A stretch of DNA of 64,000 nucleotides from Eledone cirrhosa (taxonomy: Eukaryota), in NCBI GenBank assembly GCA_964016885.1, contig OZ024746.1:6014001-6078000 (forward strand). Direction: 5' to 3'. Below the pieces are notes generated by a model that did not search any database, had not been told where the DNA came from, and saw nothing but the letters and a program-made list of their open reading frames with translations. A program made the translations under genes and the position numbers. Positions 31,059 to 44,166 of the stretch are shown here, one piece after another (the stretch's first letter is position 1; every line of letters begins with the position of its first letter).

Positions 31059-31500
31059 TTGGGTTAGAAATAATATCAACAGTACAGACGAGAGCAGATC
31101 CAGTTAATAAGATAACATAATCATGTTTCAGACGATATCCCACAGTTACTCGATTGATAGCTAACTGTTTTACCACCTCATACAAAACCTAAGATTTCAC
31201 AATACAAAGTTTGCGCTTCACGCTGCCTACAGCTTTACAAATCGACAGTACTGAAGTCAACAGAATTATGCTCGTATTTATCCAGAATACAACTAAAAAC
31301 TATTTAGTTAAATACATAAGAAATATATTTCTATCAGTTCCGTTTGGGAATTATGTTATATTTTAAGCGATTTCTATACCAAAATCTTTGCGAACAAAAC
31401 ATTTCTTTCTTGAATAAAACTTTTTTGTCTTCTTAAACAACATCCTGGATTTTTCCTCTTCTACGTACGCAATGACTTGGGAGTTCGGTTGTTGAAGTTG

Positions 31501-31702
31501 TACGAGTGCAGGCTGAAAAGTTCATGGGTTGGATATGAAGGAGTGATGTTAGATCTGTGAAATTTTGCATGCATTAATTTCAACTCTTCTTATTAATAAA
31601 TGCATTGTTTCTTTCCAGGAACTATGATGAAAAATAAACCTCATTTGATCATTCCATGAGAGTATCTTGGTCAGCCTATGAACCTTTCACCCGACCCTCG
31701 TA
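31501..31702. mobile_element. Mariner-like MITE
   Basis: TIRs TACGAGTGCAGGCTGAAAAGTTCAT / ATGAACCTTTCACCCGACCCTCGTA with TA ends. Confidence 0.8.
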
Positions 31703-32409
31703 TATGGAAATCCTGGTATTACTGGTATTACTAGTCGGATATCTCTTGGATTACAGGACTTTTCTATTATACTAATATCTCACAAGTCACTACCACTTTC
31801 CCTTACTATACTCACCCCCCCCCCCCCACACACACACTCAGTTATCCACTCCTCTTCATCTTTATCTTTGTATTTCCCCCTTTTCTCCACTCTCTATATC
31901 TCAGACTAATACACTCTCTCACTCTCTATAAATATCTACACTTATCTCTCCCTGTCCCTCTCTATATCAATCACCCCTAAACTCTGCCCTTCTCTATACG
32001 GAACTTTCTCTTACAATCCCCCTCTCTATATCAATAAACATCAATTCTCCCCCCCCCCCCTCAGTATATTTAATATACAACACACTCTCCCAACCTTCCT
32101 CTCTATATCAATTACCACCATACTCTCCCCCTCTCTTTATCTATATCTATCTCTCCCTTCTGTCTCTACATAACATGTACATAATTTCTAGCACATATAC
32201 AAATAGATGTGTTTTGGTAGTTTGGTGGAGAAAAATATAATTATTGGGGAGGGGGACATGACCCCTCCCCCCTCGCTTCCCTCAGAGTTCCATCACCCTT
32301 CTGAACCCCGCCATACTCCCCTCCTCACAACAACTAAATATCACGTGGATTCTCTTGTTAGTCATTCATATGTTATCATCTTTTCCCACAGTTTATTTTG
32401 GCATTATTC

Positions 32410-32590
32410 TGCAGTGTCGGTAGAGGGTTGGACGCCATGCTTTGACGCATAGAGTTATGGCCCTTGCCATTCTGAGTTCAAATCCCGCCGAGGTTAACTT
32501 TGCCTTTCATCCTTACGGGGTCTATAAAATAAAGTCCAGTAATACACTGGTTTATAGCTGGCTTTGTGCCAAAAGTAGAAACAATTATTC
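32410..32590 (+). mobile_element. SINE family 1
   Basis: Consensus match. Confidence 0.8.
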
Positions 32591-33019
32591 TAAAACGTTG
32601 CCAATTCCTCTCTTATCAACAGTACACACACTAAATACAGTCACCGATCTTGCACGCTCTAATAATCTCACAGTCTTAATTCAACTTAGTAACAATCCTC
32701 TTTATTCTACCTTTGATAGTTCCTCTGCTATTGTTAGGAATTAGTAGAGCATCTCTTCCATCCAAAATATCATTTTTTTTCAAATTCTTCTCTGTCCACT
32801 GCAATATTTTATCAACGTCTGAAATAAAATTCCATGGAACTAAAAGTCATTAAAATGATTCTGGAAAGAAAGTTTAAAATGTAGCAAAGTACCCCCTTAA
32901 AATGTTTAATTGAACCCCAAGGAGGTAGAGTAAACTACGGCGAACCTCGTAACATACATAAAATGATGTAATCAGAGGTTAATATAAGTCGGCCTTACTG
33001 TGAGAAGGTAACATTAGTA

Positions 33020-33230
33020 TTTGGCAGAATCGGTAGAAATGCTTTGCAGCATAGAGTTGCGGCTCATTATGTTCTGAATTCAAATCCCACCGGGGTTACC
33101 TTTGCCTTCCATCCTTACGGGGGTCGATAACATAAAGTACCAGTAATGCACTAGGGCCGGTTTAATCGACTACCCCCCCCCGCCCGCTTCCAAAATTGCC
33201 GGCCTTGTGCCTATAGTAGAAATCAATATC
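33020..33230 (+). mobile_element. SINE family 1, longer variant
   Basis: Consensus match with an extra GGTTTAATCGACTACCCCC segment. Confidence 0.75.
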
Positions 33231-33895
33231 AATAGTTGTAGTTATTGAAGAAGAAGAAGAAGAAGAAGAAGAAGAAGAAGAAGAAGAAGAAGAAGAAGAA
33301 GAAGAATCGATAAATTCGAGTGATGTATTTTGTTCGGAATATTCAAATTCAAAAGGCGTTTTTCCAAATATGAATATTGAAGATGAAAGGAGAAGTAAAT
33401 TAAATGATAGCTATAGGCAGCTTAAAAGTAAACATACACAAACACACATATATTATATATATACACACATATATATATAGGGCAGACGAACTCTGAGTGA
33501 AAGACAGTAGATTAATACATTTTCTGGCTCAAATATTTAGTAATAAATTTATTGCGGAAAAGATTGGAAAATTAAGTTTTTTTATGCAACCTTTGTAGAC
33601 TGTTAAAATTAAGATAAAGTATATAGTTTATGTGGGTTGTGTTTAAATTATGAAAGTGATGGATGATGAGGGAGGAATAAGCTAGTGAATGGTCTCGAAT
33701 TCAAATGTAAACATTACATATGATAAGTAACATTAATAATTGCTCTTTATTTTGATACAAGGCCACCAATTTTGGAGGAGATAAAAAAGGACCCCAGCAT
33801 TGATAATCGACCCTATCGAAAAAGGTTTATTAATGATTATTGATCAGATATCCACCAAAGCTAGGTATATTACCAAGCCTTTCTACGATCACATG

Positions 33896-34210
33896 AAGTG
33901 GAGGTTGTAGAAGACAGATCTGGGATTTCTCAAGTCTGTCACCAAAATACCAACCATAAGTGGAGGTTGTAGAAGACAGATCTGGGATTTCTCAAGTCTG
34001 TCACCTAACTACCATTCATAAGTGGAGGTTGTAGAAGACAGATCTGGGATTTCTCAAGTCTGTCACCAAACTACCAACCATAACTGGAGGTTGTAGAAGA
34101 CAGATCTGGGATTTCTCAAGTCTGTCACCAAACTACCAACCATAACTGGAGTTTGTAGAACACAGATCTGGGATTCCTCAAGTCTGTCACCAAACTACCA
34201 ACCATAAGTG
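33896..34210. repeat. 62-bp minisatellite, 5 copies
   Basis: Unit AAGTGGAGGTTGTAGAAGACAGATCTGGGATTTCTCAAGTCTGTCACCAAACTACCAACCAT. Confidence 0.95.
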
Positions 34211-34744
34211 CCAGATTCTTTGCTCACATTCTTGCAAACATCTTATACTGCGTATTTAGCAAGGTAGTGAACTGAAAATTGTCAATTAGGTTCCACTTTT
34301 CTGCTCCTATGTTTAGCAGTACTACCGTCCCCTGGCTCACGAGGAATTATTCCATTCTGTACGGCGTGCAGCTACTTACAGCTATTTCAGTTGTTATTAT
34401 CGTTTTTTTTTTTTTTTTTTTATTTTTTTTGCTGTAGTCCGCATCTCCTGCCGAGAGTTGCAGCAAACAGAGAATATAGTTGCTCAATTACCCCACCGTT
34501 ACCGGCCAACCACTCAACCCAAACATTTGTAATCTAGAATTACATTATTTTATGTGCGATTCTGAATTTAAAGCGATTTAAATAGTATTTTTATTTTATT
34601 TTTTCTCGTTTCATTGAATATTGTGAAGCAGACGACATTCGAAAGGGAAATTGCTATCATTTTGTAATAATTGTTTTTAGTGTTCGTGGCCATCAGTGAT
34701 CTCCATAACATCTGACTGATAAAATGACAAGTCAGCCAATCATA

Positions 34745-34845
34745 TTGGTGGCCTCCCCACAGCCCCGGCGGACAGAATGGAGAAGGCGTTTCCCCGGCGG
34801 ACGGCAAGGGAGACGCGCTGGAAAAGCCATTCCAAATCGCGGGGC
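34745..34845 (-). mobile_element. CRE-like 3' end fragment
   Basis: Reverse-complement homolog of ~23018-23108. Confidence 0.7.
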
Positions 34846-35125
34846 TGAAGTTGCTATATCTACCAAATCGACCTACAAACAGTTTTATTCATTAGAAGTC
34901 AGCGTTAACCTCCGCAGAATGATATATACATATATATATATACATAAAACTATACTGACAAACCTACATAAATCTAGTAAGCCAAGCACACATATACACA
35001 TATACCCACATACACGCACACAAACGAAGGCGCGCGCACACACACACACAGTGACACAAACATACACACAAACACAAACACACACGCACATACACTCACA
35101 CATATATATGTATATATAAATGTAC

Positions 35126-35168
<43 letters not shown>

Positions 35169-35219
35169 TATGTATATAAAACACACACACACACACACAC
35201 ATACATATATATATATATT

Positions 35220-35273
<54 letters not shown>

Positions 35274-35645
35274 CAGTCATGTATACACGTATTTGAATTT
35301 AATTTGTATTCGTTGTTATTCATTACAATAATACATTTTTTTTCTAAGATAAATAATACAGGAGAAAAATATTCAGAAAAAATACATTCATGAATAGATA
35401 GAAATTCGCAAATAATATAATTCATAAGTAATATATTTATAAATTAATACAAATGACTACAGTAGCGTAATATACGTGATAAGAATAACATATACAGTAT
35501 ATGGTTATAATATTGTGGTAAACGTCGAAGAATAATCAATAACTTCCTAAAGAGTCTATTAGGGCGGAGGAGAGCCGACGATGGTACCACCTCTATAACG
35601 GATGTACCATTTTCTAGTAATGGGAAGGTTTCAGGAATTGCACCT

Positions 35646-35723
35646 TGATGATGATGATGATGACAACGATGGCGATGATGATGATGATGATGATGATGAA
35701 GATGACGATGATCACGACGACGA

Positions 35724-35813
<90 letters not shown>

Positions 35814-35857
35814 CGATGGTGACGATGACGACGATGCTAATGATGATGATGATGATG
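35646..35857. repeat. (GAT/GAC)n trinucleotide repeat
   Basis: Direct observation. Confidence 0.95.
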
Positions 35858-36430
35858 TTGAGATGCACTTTTCATTGCTGAGGATCGAGGACCATGGACA
35901 ATTGTCCCAATCCTCATCTCTATGTTGATGTATATCCAAGATTCTAATCGGGAAACAAGTGACGTCAGTGGGCCCCGATTCTTTGTCCAATCATTATTCA
36001 GAAGCTAGCTGTGGAATTGCAGCTCAACCCAGTTTATCACAGGAATGAAACCGTTGGCTAAATGAACGGCTGTCACTCAGGTGACCAAGTCATCTACCCG
36101 ATAGTTAAACTATCAACCAAGTCTTACCAGCTCTATCTACCCGTCGTTTTCCACATCATTGGATGGTCGTTAACAGGTTTTGTTTTTAGCCCCACGGTGT
36201 GTTAAAAAATCTTTCTCCTTTCCAAGCGGGCTTGGAGGGGTTGGCGGTTTAGACACCGAAGAGTCGATCATGTGATAGGTTGTACAGACTTACATGTTGC
36301 CAGTAGTGCAAGAGAGCGACCTGGCGGATTATTACAAACTACCCTCTTTAAAATAGACTTAGTTGATAATGTAATGCCGAGTAACCAATGCAAGAAAAAG
36401 ACAGAATGGTTATGACAGAAATGCTTATAT

Positions 36431-36710
36431 GGAGACGCGTGGCCTAGTGGTAATGTTGTTGGACTTACGATCTTAATGCCGTGGGTTCGTTTCTTGGGCT
36501 GGGTTGTGTGCTGTGTTCTCGGGAAAAACACTTCATTTCATGTTACTCCAATATATTCGGCTAAAAATGAGCACCATAAACTGCTGTGGGTTCAAACTTG
36601 CAATGGACTGGCGTCCTGTCCAGGGGGAAGTCTTGTACTCTCAGTCGCTTCACGCCACGAAACCGTGGTAAGCACCGGTCTGACGAACCTCCTGGCTTGA
36701 GACAGACTTT
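36431..36710 (+). mobile_element. tRNA-headed SINE with V-domain-like core (family 3); other copies ~40215-40345, ~41630-41893, ~54178-54457
   Basis: Head TGGCCTAGTGG..GGTTCG, core GATGGACTGGCGTCCTGTCCAGGGG and end CTTCACGCCACGAAACC..GGCTTGAGACAGACTTT. Confidence 0.75.
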
Positions 36711-38419
36711 TAGACGAGACAATGCAAGAGACAGAAGAGTTGACAAGAATGACTTTGATCAAATGTTTTCTTGTTCGAGAATGACCTCGGCTAAACAACT
36801 ACTAAATCTTCCCGAATTCAGTGGATTCACTCGATTGCGTCGCTTATATCATTACGGAAGGCATTCATGTGTTTTTTTCTCTCTTTTCTTTAACTCTTAA
36901 ATATAGATTTTTGTCACTGATTAGTTAAAAACCAATAAATAATAATATACTAAATGGCTGAACTAATGAGATTGTTAATATAGTATTCTTATAATAAAAG
37001 CATGACTACATTCCAACTCAATTTCTCTTGTGAGGAGAAAATCTTGAGAGGATTTTTACTAATAACAGCCTTCGAAACCAAGCGTAAAACATTTATTTTT
37101 GCAGTCTATTCATTCGGCTATGAAAAAGTTCACAAAGTATTACTGAGTTTCATTAGTGTTGTTGTTTATTTAGTCACAGATCAAACCTAGTCAAAGATAC
37201 ATTGGATCAAATGTATTCCAGTGCAACGAACTCCCGCCATTTTACGAGTGTATAGCATCATGTGATGCCTACTATTATAGAAGAGGATAATTGGATTGAG
37301 ATTTCGTTGGTATTTCTAGCAAGTCGAGGGACTTATTAGAAATATCAGTAATGCACTGGGGTCGATTGAATCGATTTTCCCTCCCACAAAATTATTGGCT
37401 TTTAAATCAGAAACAAGTATCTCGGTTCCAATCTAGTTATAGTCAACTTCACTAACAACATAACTGGTAATTCTGTACAGGAATATATTGCCAATGTAAG
37501 AAACTTCTTTCTCATTCTCGTCGTTATCGTCCTCCTTCAATACCCGCCTTCTCTCGTCTCCTCCCCCCTGCCGCCTCCTCCCTCCAATCCCCCTCACCCC
37601 CTCACCCCACACGCTTTCTCCTCCACCTCCACTCCCACAACAGTTATAGCAGAGTGTCTACGTCAGCAATTAATATATATGCCAAAATATCGTAATATTC
37701 TCTTATCTTCTAGCCACTCGTTGACACATCATTAACGATATTATTTTACTGTCTGTGTCTGAATGAAAAGAGTCAACTGGAAAAACAACCTCTTCTATAT
37801 TACCAATATTATCTGCACTTGCATGCAGATAGATATCAGCTTTAAAGATGGTGGTAATTTGCCGTTATGATACAATGTTAGCGATGTAAATGAAGTGAAC
37901 TGTTTTAAACTATCAATCATAATGGTTAAGAAATTCGTTTTGCAACCACGTTGGTTGTGTTTGATCCCACAGCATGACACATTGAGTTTACTAATACAGT
38001 ATAAGTGAATGTTGTAGACGGAAACCGTCTTGAAGACAACCATATATCTTATTTAAAACCCTTATTAAACGTTACAGTGCAATCATAAAAAAACGCAGGT
38101 TCACCGATTCGGATTTGCAGGTTCACAACTCAAATTGTTGGAGCTTGAACATATGCAAAAATAAAGTTTTGAAATATATTTGTGTTTTCTTCAGACAAAA
38201 AGCCAGAACAATGAAAACGAACTGGAGACTAGTTTTACAGAATCTCTGGAGAGAAAGAAGAAATCAAAATTGATGCTAATTTAATGATTAATTCAACCAA
38301 TTTAGAATTTTTATATAAGTCAACAAATGATTTGGGACTTTGAAACTTTTTGATAAAGATTATCGTTTTCCCCAAATCAATAGCATGATACTGATTGATA
38401 TAAATGCATTATTTGATCT

Positions 38420-38563
38420 GCATAGAGTTACGGTCCTTGCCATTCTGAGTTCAAATGCCGCCGAGGTTTACTTTGCCTTTCATCCTTACGGGGTAGATAA
38501 AATAAAGTACCAGTAATGCACTGGGTAATTGCTGGCCTTGTGCCAAAAGTAGAAACAATTATT
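38420..38563 (+). mobile_element. 5'-truncated SINE family 1 with 16-bp TSD
   Basis: ATTATTTGATCTGCAT on both sides. Confidence 0.85.
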
Positions 38564-38639
38564 TGATCTGCATTGACAAGGTATAATGTGTTTTATAAGA
38601 CTTAAAAGTTAATCTGATCACGTACTTATACTCTTACAG

Positions 38640-38963
38640 CAGCCTTCCATTTCAGCATTTGAGAGGTTGGAAATACAAGAACACGGCCGTTCAAGTGAAA
38701 TGGAAAATTGCATTTTCTTCCACACTAAAATACGGATCAGAATAATGTCGGTATGTTCAAGCAGGTAGAAAAACTCCATGTATTTATAATGTAACACCTG
38801 AGACCGATCATGATTAAGATCAGCTACCCCCACCATTACCAAAAAAAAAAACCAGCTTTGTCAGGTAAGATGTGAACAAATATGCTGGCAGACAGGAACC
38901 ACTCCTTGCGATATTGAAAAGCCGGAAGCTTGCCTTGTATGGTCAGATATCCTCCACCACAAA
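38640..38963 (+). mobile_element. Decayed RTE LINE fragment
   Basis: Translates WKYKNTAVQVKWKI..STLKYGSE and EPLLAILKSRKLALYGQI. Confidence 0.55.
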
Positions 38964-39487
38964 TAGAGTGGCACCCCAACGATTGACTGCACCAGTGGCA
39001 CAACTAGAGTGGCACCACAACGACTGGCTGCACCAGTGGCACAATTAGTGTGGGATCCCATCGCTTGACTGTACCAGTGGCACATCTAGAGGGGCACCCC
39101 AACGACTGGCTGTACCAGTGCCACATCTAGAGGGCACCCCAACGACTGGCTGCACCAGTGGCACAACTAGAGTGGCACCCCAACGACTGGCTGCACCAGT
39201 GGCACAATTAGTGTGGGATCCCATCACCTGACTGTACCAGTGGCACATCTAGAGGGGCACCCCAACGACTGGCTGTACCAGTGCCACATCTAGAGGGGCA
39301 CCCCAACGACTGGCTGTACCAGTGCCACATCTAGAGGGGCACCCAACGACTGGCTGCACCAGTGGCACAACTAGAGTGGCACCCCAACGACTGGCTGTAC
39401 TTGTGGCACATCTAGAGTGGCACCACAACGACTGACTGCAATAGTGGCACAACTAGAGTGGCACCCTAACAACTGGCTGCACCAGTT
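38964..39487. repeat. 41-bp minisatellite, ~13 copies
   Basis: Unit TAGAGTGGCACCCCAACGACTGGCTGCACCAGTGGCACAAC. Confidence 0.95.
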
Positions 39488-40949
39488 GCCGGAACATGAT
39501 GACGTTGATGGAGCCCCCTTGTCGTAAATAAACATCAAGTGCCCTACCATGGAACAGATATTGGTGAAAAGAAACCAATGTTATCTTGGATATGTTTACT
39601 AAAGAAAAGAGAAGGAGAAAACTCCTTGATTATCAAGACAAATAAATTACACACACTTGTCTTGTGGTATGTGAAAACAGGGTATCTAGGATACAAGAAT
39701 TTAGTTAAATATTACAATATTACATGGTCCGATTAGGCATCGACAGCACCTAAGAACAGAAACAAATAGAGAACGAATCACTTCTGCTACTAGGGTTCCC
39801 AACATTTCATAAAGTCAGTAATACTTGACTACCATGTGAATATGATATGTTTCTGTGACAGCGTCAATTAACATGTTAATACGAGTTCAGAAATTCTTAA
39901 TATATATATATTTTTTTGAATTAAAGCTCTGTATGCAAATGAACCTAATCAGCCATTATACATAAGCCTTAAAACTACATGTTTGCGCCTATTTGAGTTC
40001 CAGTGTGAAGCGAGGTAAAGGTGTGCGTTACCTTGACAACGGTCAAATAAGCTAGAAACAACTGTCGATTACTTCCTCTTAGTTCTGCTGGAACTCGATA
40101 GGTGGCGCCAGGCACGAACTTTACAATTATTAGCTAAAGGCTTTCAAATGTTTATTTGTAAACATATCGTATATTACATACACACTTTACAAACATATAT
40201 GTATACAACTATGCTGGAACTGGGGGTTCAACCCTGAGATAGACTGGCGTCATGTCCATGGGGAGGGGGTTGTACTCTTAGTCGCTTCACGCCGCGAAAC
40301 CGGGTAAGAACCGTCATGACGAGCTTCCTGGATTGAAATAGTCTATGCTGGAGTGAACACCTTATTCTTAAGCATTATAATTTCAAGTCACGTAAACTGT
40401 GAATTAAATCTATTTAAGGCTTACATTTCAAACTTGAAGTAATCAAGTCTGGTCACCAGACCTTCTAGTTTGTTTATGCCAATGGTATTAGTATGTCATA
40501 AAAGATATTTTTAGTAGGATTAAGAATATCTGAATAGAATACTTCCTTCATAGAAAGTATTGTATTCAGACAAGTGAAAAATTACACTGTAATGTATTTT
40601 GAAACATTTTTAATGATTTAAAAATGAAAATGTGTCAATATTGAGATGGTCGTTTTTTGGTGGGCCTGTGGCGGTGTGGTGCTAATATGGTGTGGTATTA
40701 ATATGGTAATTTCTTTTTCATATTGGTATGGTTATTTTTATATTGTAGTTATCATATATTTCTTTAAACATGTTCATTTTTTTCAAGTCTTGATATGATT
40801 GTTTTCGTTTTGATCGATATCTTTTGTCATCAAGTTTTTCTTCTATCACATTAGATTTTAAGATAAATGACATCCACAAAATAATATTTTCAATAGAAAT
40901 AAGGAAAAAGATAAACCTTAACACTTTATCGATATTTCGTTTTCTGATT

Positions 40950-41480
40950 TGCATGCATATTTGACAAGGAGTTCGTCCCACTTCAAATACAGAATATAAT
41001 CACAATGAAATTGATGTTCCACTAGCTTTGAAATGTTCTTCAATTGACATAATGTTTCGGTAAAAGTGTTCATCTTACGCTTCATATTATATGCTACGTA
41101 TTTCTGGAAAAGTGTTACAATGAAACTATTGAGTGCCTTTTGACACTCATGCTGCATTCAAGTTGATGAAAGCTGTCAATAAACTTTTCAACTAACTGTT
41201 TCTAACGAGTTTTTATATTTTCACAAAAGTTTAAAACAGCTATGCTACTGGTACGATCTCAGATATATTTATTTCTCAATATTGTCAACATTCGTCAGTT
41301 CTCTAATGTATGGTCCAATGATAACATTTCAATTTCACTTCAGTTAAGGCTGGAACTTGATAAAAATATTACAATGCTGCCTAGCTTTATTAAAAGCCTT
41401 TACAAGACTTTTCTGAAAAGATATCTCAACTTTTGACGCGATTTTTGATAGACGAATCTTTCTTCGATATGAACAGCAGT
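40950..41480 (-). pseudogene. Highly decayed Chapaev3-like transposase fragment
   Basis: KSLVKAFNK and QLVEKFIDSFHQLECSMSVKRH align by eye to KQFVKALN and QLVQDLIKAFGAMGCRMSLKLH of the 55166-56931 element. Confidence 0.5.
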
Positions 41481-41959
41481 AGCAATAAGTCTTTAAGTTC
41501 AGGAAAAAATCATATTTATAACAATAAAAGTACACATACTACAATACATGGGGTGTCATATCACATTTACATGGCCTGTCATTTCAATCGTTCTGTAAAC
41601 GTGATAAACCCCCTCAGATATTTTATATCCACGCCTAGTGGTTAGGTTGTTGGGATTACGATCGTAAGGTCATTGTCTCGATTCCCAGACTACGCAACGT
41701 GAGTGTTTCTGATCAATCAAGACAAACCATTTCACGTTGCTCCACTACATGCTTATCAACAGAAACTAGGAGATAACGACGGCGATGGGCTGGTGTCCTC
41801 TCCAGAACTAGCATCTTGAGTTCCCAGTCACTTTACAGTAATAGAATACGGATAAGATCCGGTCTCACAAGCCTCTGGGCTTGAAACAAACTTTAAATTC
41901 TAACATAAGGTTTGTTACTATCTTTAATATATATCTTTATCTATGTCTCTCTCTCTCTC

Positions 41960-42046
<87 letters not shown>

Positions 42047-42437
42047 CCTCTATTCCCATAGGAATAAACCATTCATTTCTTTATTCAACCTATACCAGAC
42101 GTGTCAATTAGATGGACTGAATGGATAGCAAAACGGCTGTAATATTGTTGACAGACAAAAACCAATGTTTTCATGGCGGAAAAGCCTTTATATGGTCTTA
42201 GATACCTTATGTCTGAAAGTAAGACGGTAAGGTCATGATAGAAATACTTCTAACGAGATGTGTAACCAGATTCTAAGACAGGGATGGGTAAGTCAATGCA
42301 AACGGCGCCTTACTACGTTTCAAATAAGGTTTAATGTATTATATGCGTTAATGTTGTATATAATACCAAAACAAAAGGAAAATAGAGTTTCGAAGGAAGT
42401 GTAAATACAATAAAAACTGTGTTCTAATGTAAGACAT

Positions 42438-42630
42438 TGCGGTGAATTGGCAGTATGGGTAGAGGATCGGACATGTTTTCCAGCATAGTTACGTCCCTTT
42501 ACGATCTGAGTTCAAATCCCGCCGAGGTTAACTTTGCCTTTCATCCTTACGGGGTCGATAAAAATAAAAAGTACCAGTAACGTACTGGCTAATTGCTGGC
42601 CTTGGGCCAAAAGTAGAAACAATTATTATT
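42438..42630 (+). mobile_element. SINE family 1
   Basis: Consensus match. Confidence 0.85.
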
Positions 42631-44122
42631 TTGATATTAAAAAAAACGTTTACATTAAGCTCATAAATCTAGATTGTATTTTAAATGAAAATAAAATAAA
42701 GCAAATGTTTTATTTTACATATTTAAATGAAGAAATGAAAAAAGTAAAACAATATGAAAATTTGGAGCAGCAACTACAGCAGCTTCATTCCTGGACGTCC
42801 ATTACTTAGATTGGAGGAATAGGCAGGGAGGGAAAGAGTAGACAAGGAGAGAAGAATGAGACGAGTAGGCGGAGCTTAGAGGGGGACGACGAGAACGAGA
42901 AAGAAACATGGTTTCTTACATCGGCAATATATTCCTGTACAGAATTACTACATATATCAGTCAAAAGTGAAGTTGACTATAACAGGATTGGAACCCAGAA
43001 CGTTGAAAGACGAACCGAAATACTTGTTTCTGATTTAGGCACAAGGATGACGATAAAAGGCAAAGATAACCTCGGCGATATTTGAAATCAGAACGTAAAA
43101 AGCTATAACTCAATCCCGTAAAAGCATGGTGACAAACCGAAATACTGCAAACAATTTACTCCAACAATGTTCGGATTACACCACTGCACTGGTTTCTTGA
43201 GATTTAATTATAAAACTTTTTCATGATAGCCAACTGTCTTTCACTGGAGAGTAAAGCCAACTTAGATAATCTATTATCGCCCATTGAAAGAACTTGTTTT
43301 AGTCAGCTAAACGTTCAGCAATGATGGTTGTTATATATGAAAGTAGAAAGATGTGTTATGATTTGGAGGGATTAGAACAAATGTCATGTCCATGGCGATC
43401 ATGAATTTAAATATATTGCTGGTCAGATGCTATATATTTCAATTTGCCATACATCCAGTGCTCATATGCACTTGAAGATTTCCTTTTGACTGTAGACGAC
43501 ATCTGAAGACATGCCTGCTAATCATTTTAATTTATTGAAATTTATTCACATCATCTGCAAAGTCAAAAGGATTTGGATTTAGAATATTTAATTTCGGAGC
43601 TACATTTTTAATATGCTTTAATATTCTGCTTGTGTTATTCATAATAATATATAAAGACTCTAATATGGCTCCACCAAATATCCCTTCATCCTCTGTAATT
43701 TTATCACGGAATCTTCATCTTTTATATTTTTTGTGCTACTTGTATTTTGTATTAATAATACATTTTCAAACTAATTAGGTAACTTTTGCATACCTGGCCC
43801 TGTAGCTCATAAGAGGGGGGCTACGAATTCACATACGGCGTATCTAGGGCATTTTAAAACCTGGGGGAGACCAATCTTCTCCAGGTCTAAATACAGCACA
43901 TTTCTTCCAGATAAAGGATAGAAAGTGAAAGAAAGAAGAAATGAGAAATAGATATAGAGCAAGAATAGACTGATGGTGACCACGGGAAGTCGCACCCATT
44001 ATACGGATTATAATTTATTTTATTTTGTTATCTGTTATACAGAAACATATTATATGAAACTATATTTAATTGACATAAGCAGTAAGTAGAGACAATTCAG
44101 TTCTTGAACAAACGACATTTTA

Positions 44123-44166
44123 TTCTATCACGTGTTCCAGCCGACAGGCTGGAACACGTGATAGAA
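44123..44166. repeat. Perfect palindrome with 20-bp arms and 4-nt loop
   Basis: TTCTATCACGTGTTCCAGCC-GACA-GGCTGGAACACGTGATAGAA. Confidence 0.9.

Noticed and set aside
35602-35928. Acidic poly-Asp protein
   Set aside because: Trinucleotide microsatellite without supporting coding flanks.
38640-38755. Candidate host exon (AG...GTATGT)
   Set aside because: Another frame matches the RTE C-terminal motif (LKYGSE), so it is better explained as LINE debris.
33896-39487. Regular repeats as possible CRISPR arrays (also 601-1225 and 8678-8895)
   Set aside because: Head-to-tail units without unique spacers, no cas genes, and a eukaryotic context.
41270-41300. CTGACGA...GAAA on the minus strand
   Set aside because: Helices I and III do not form, and it lies within a transposase fossil.
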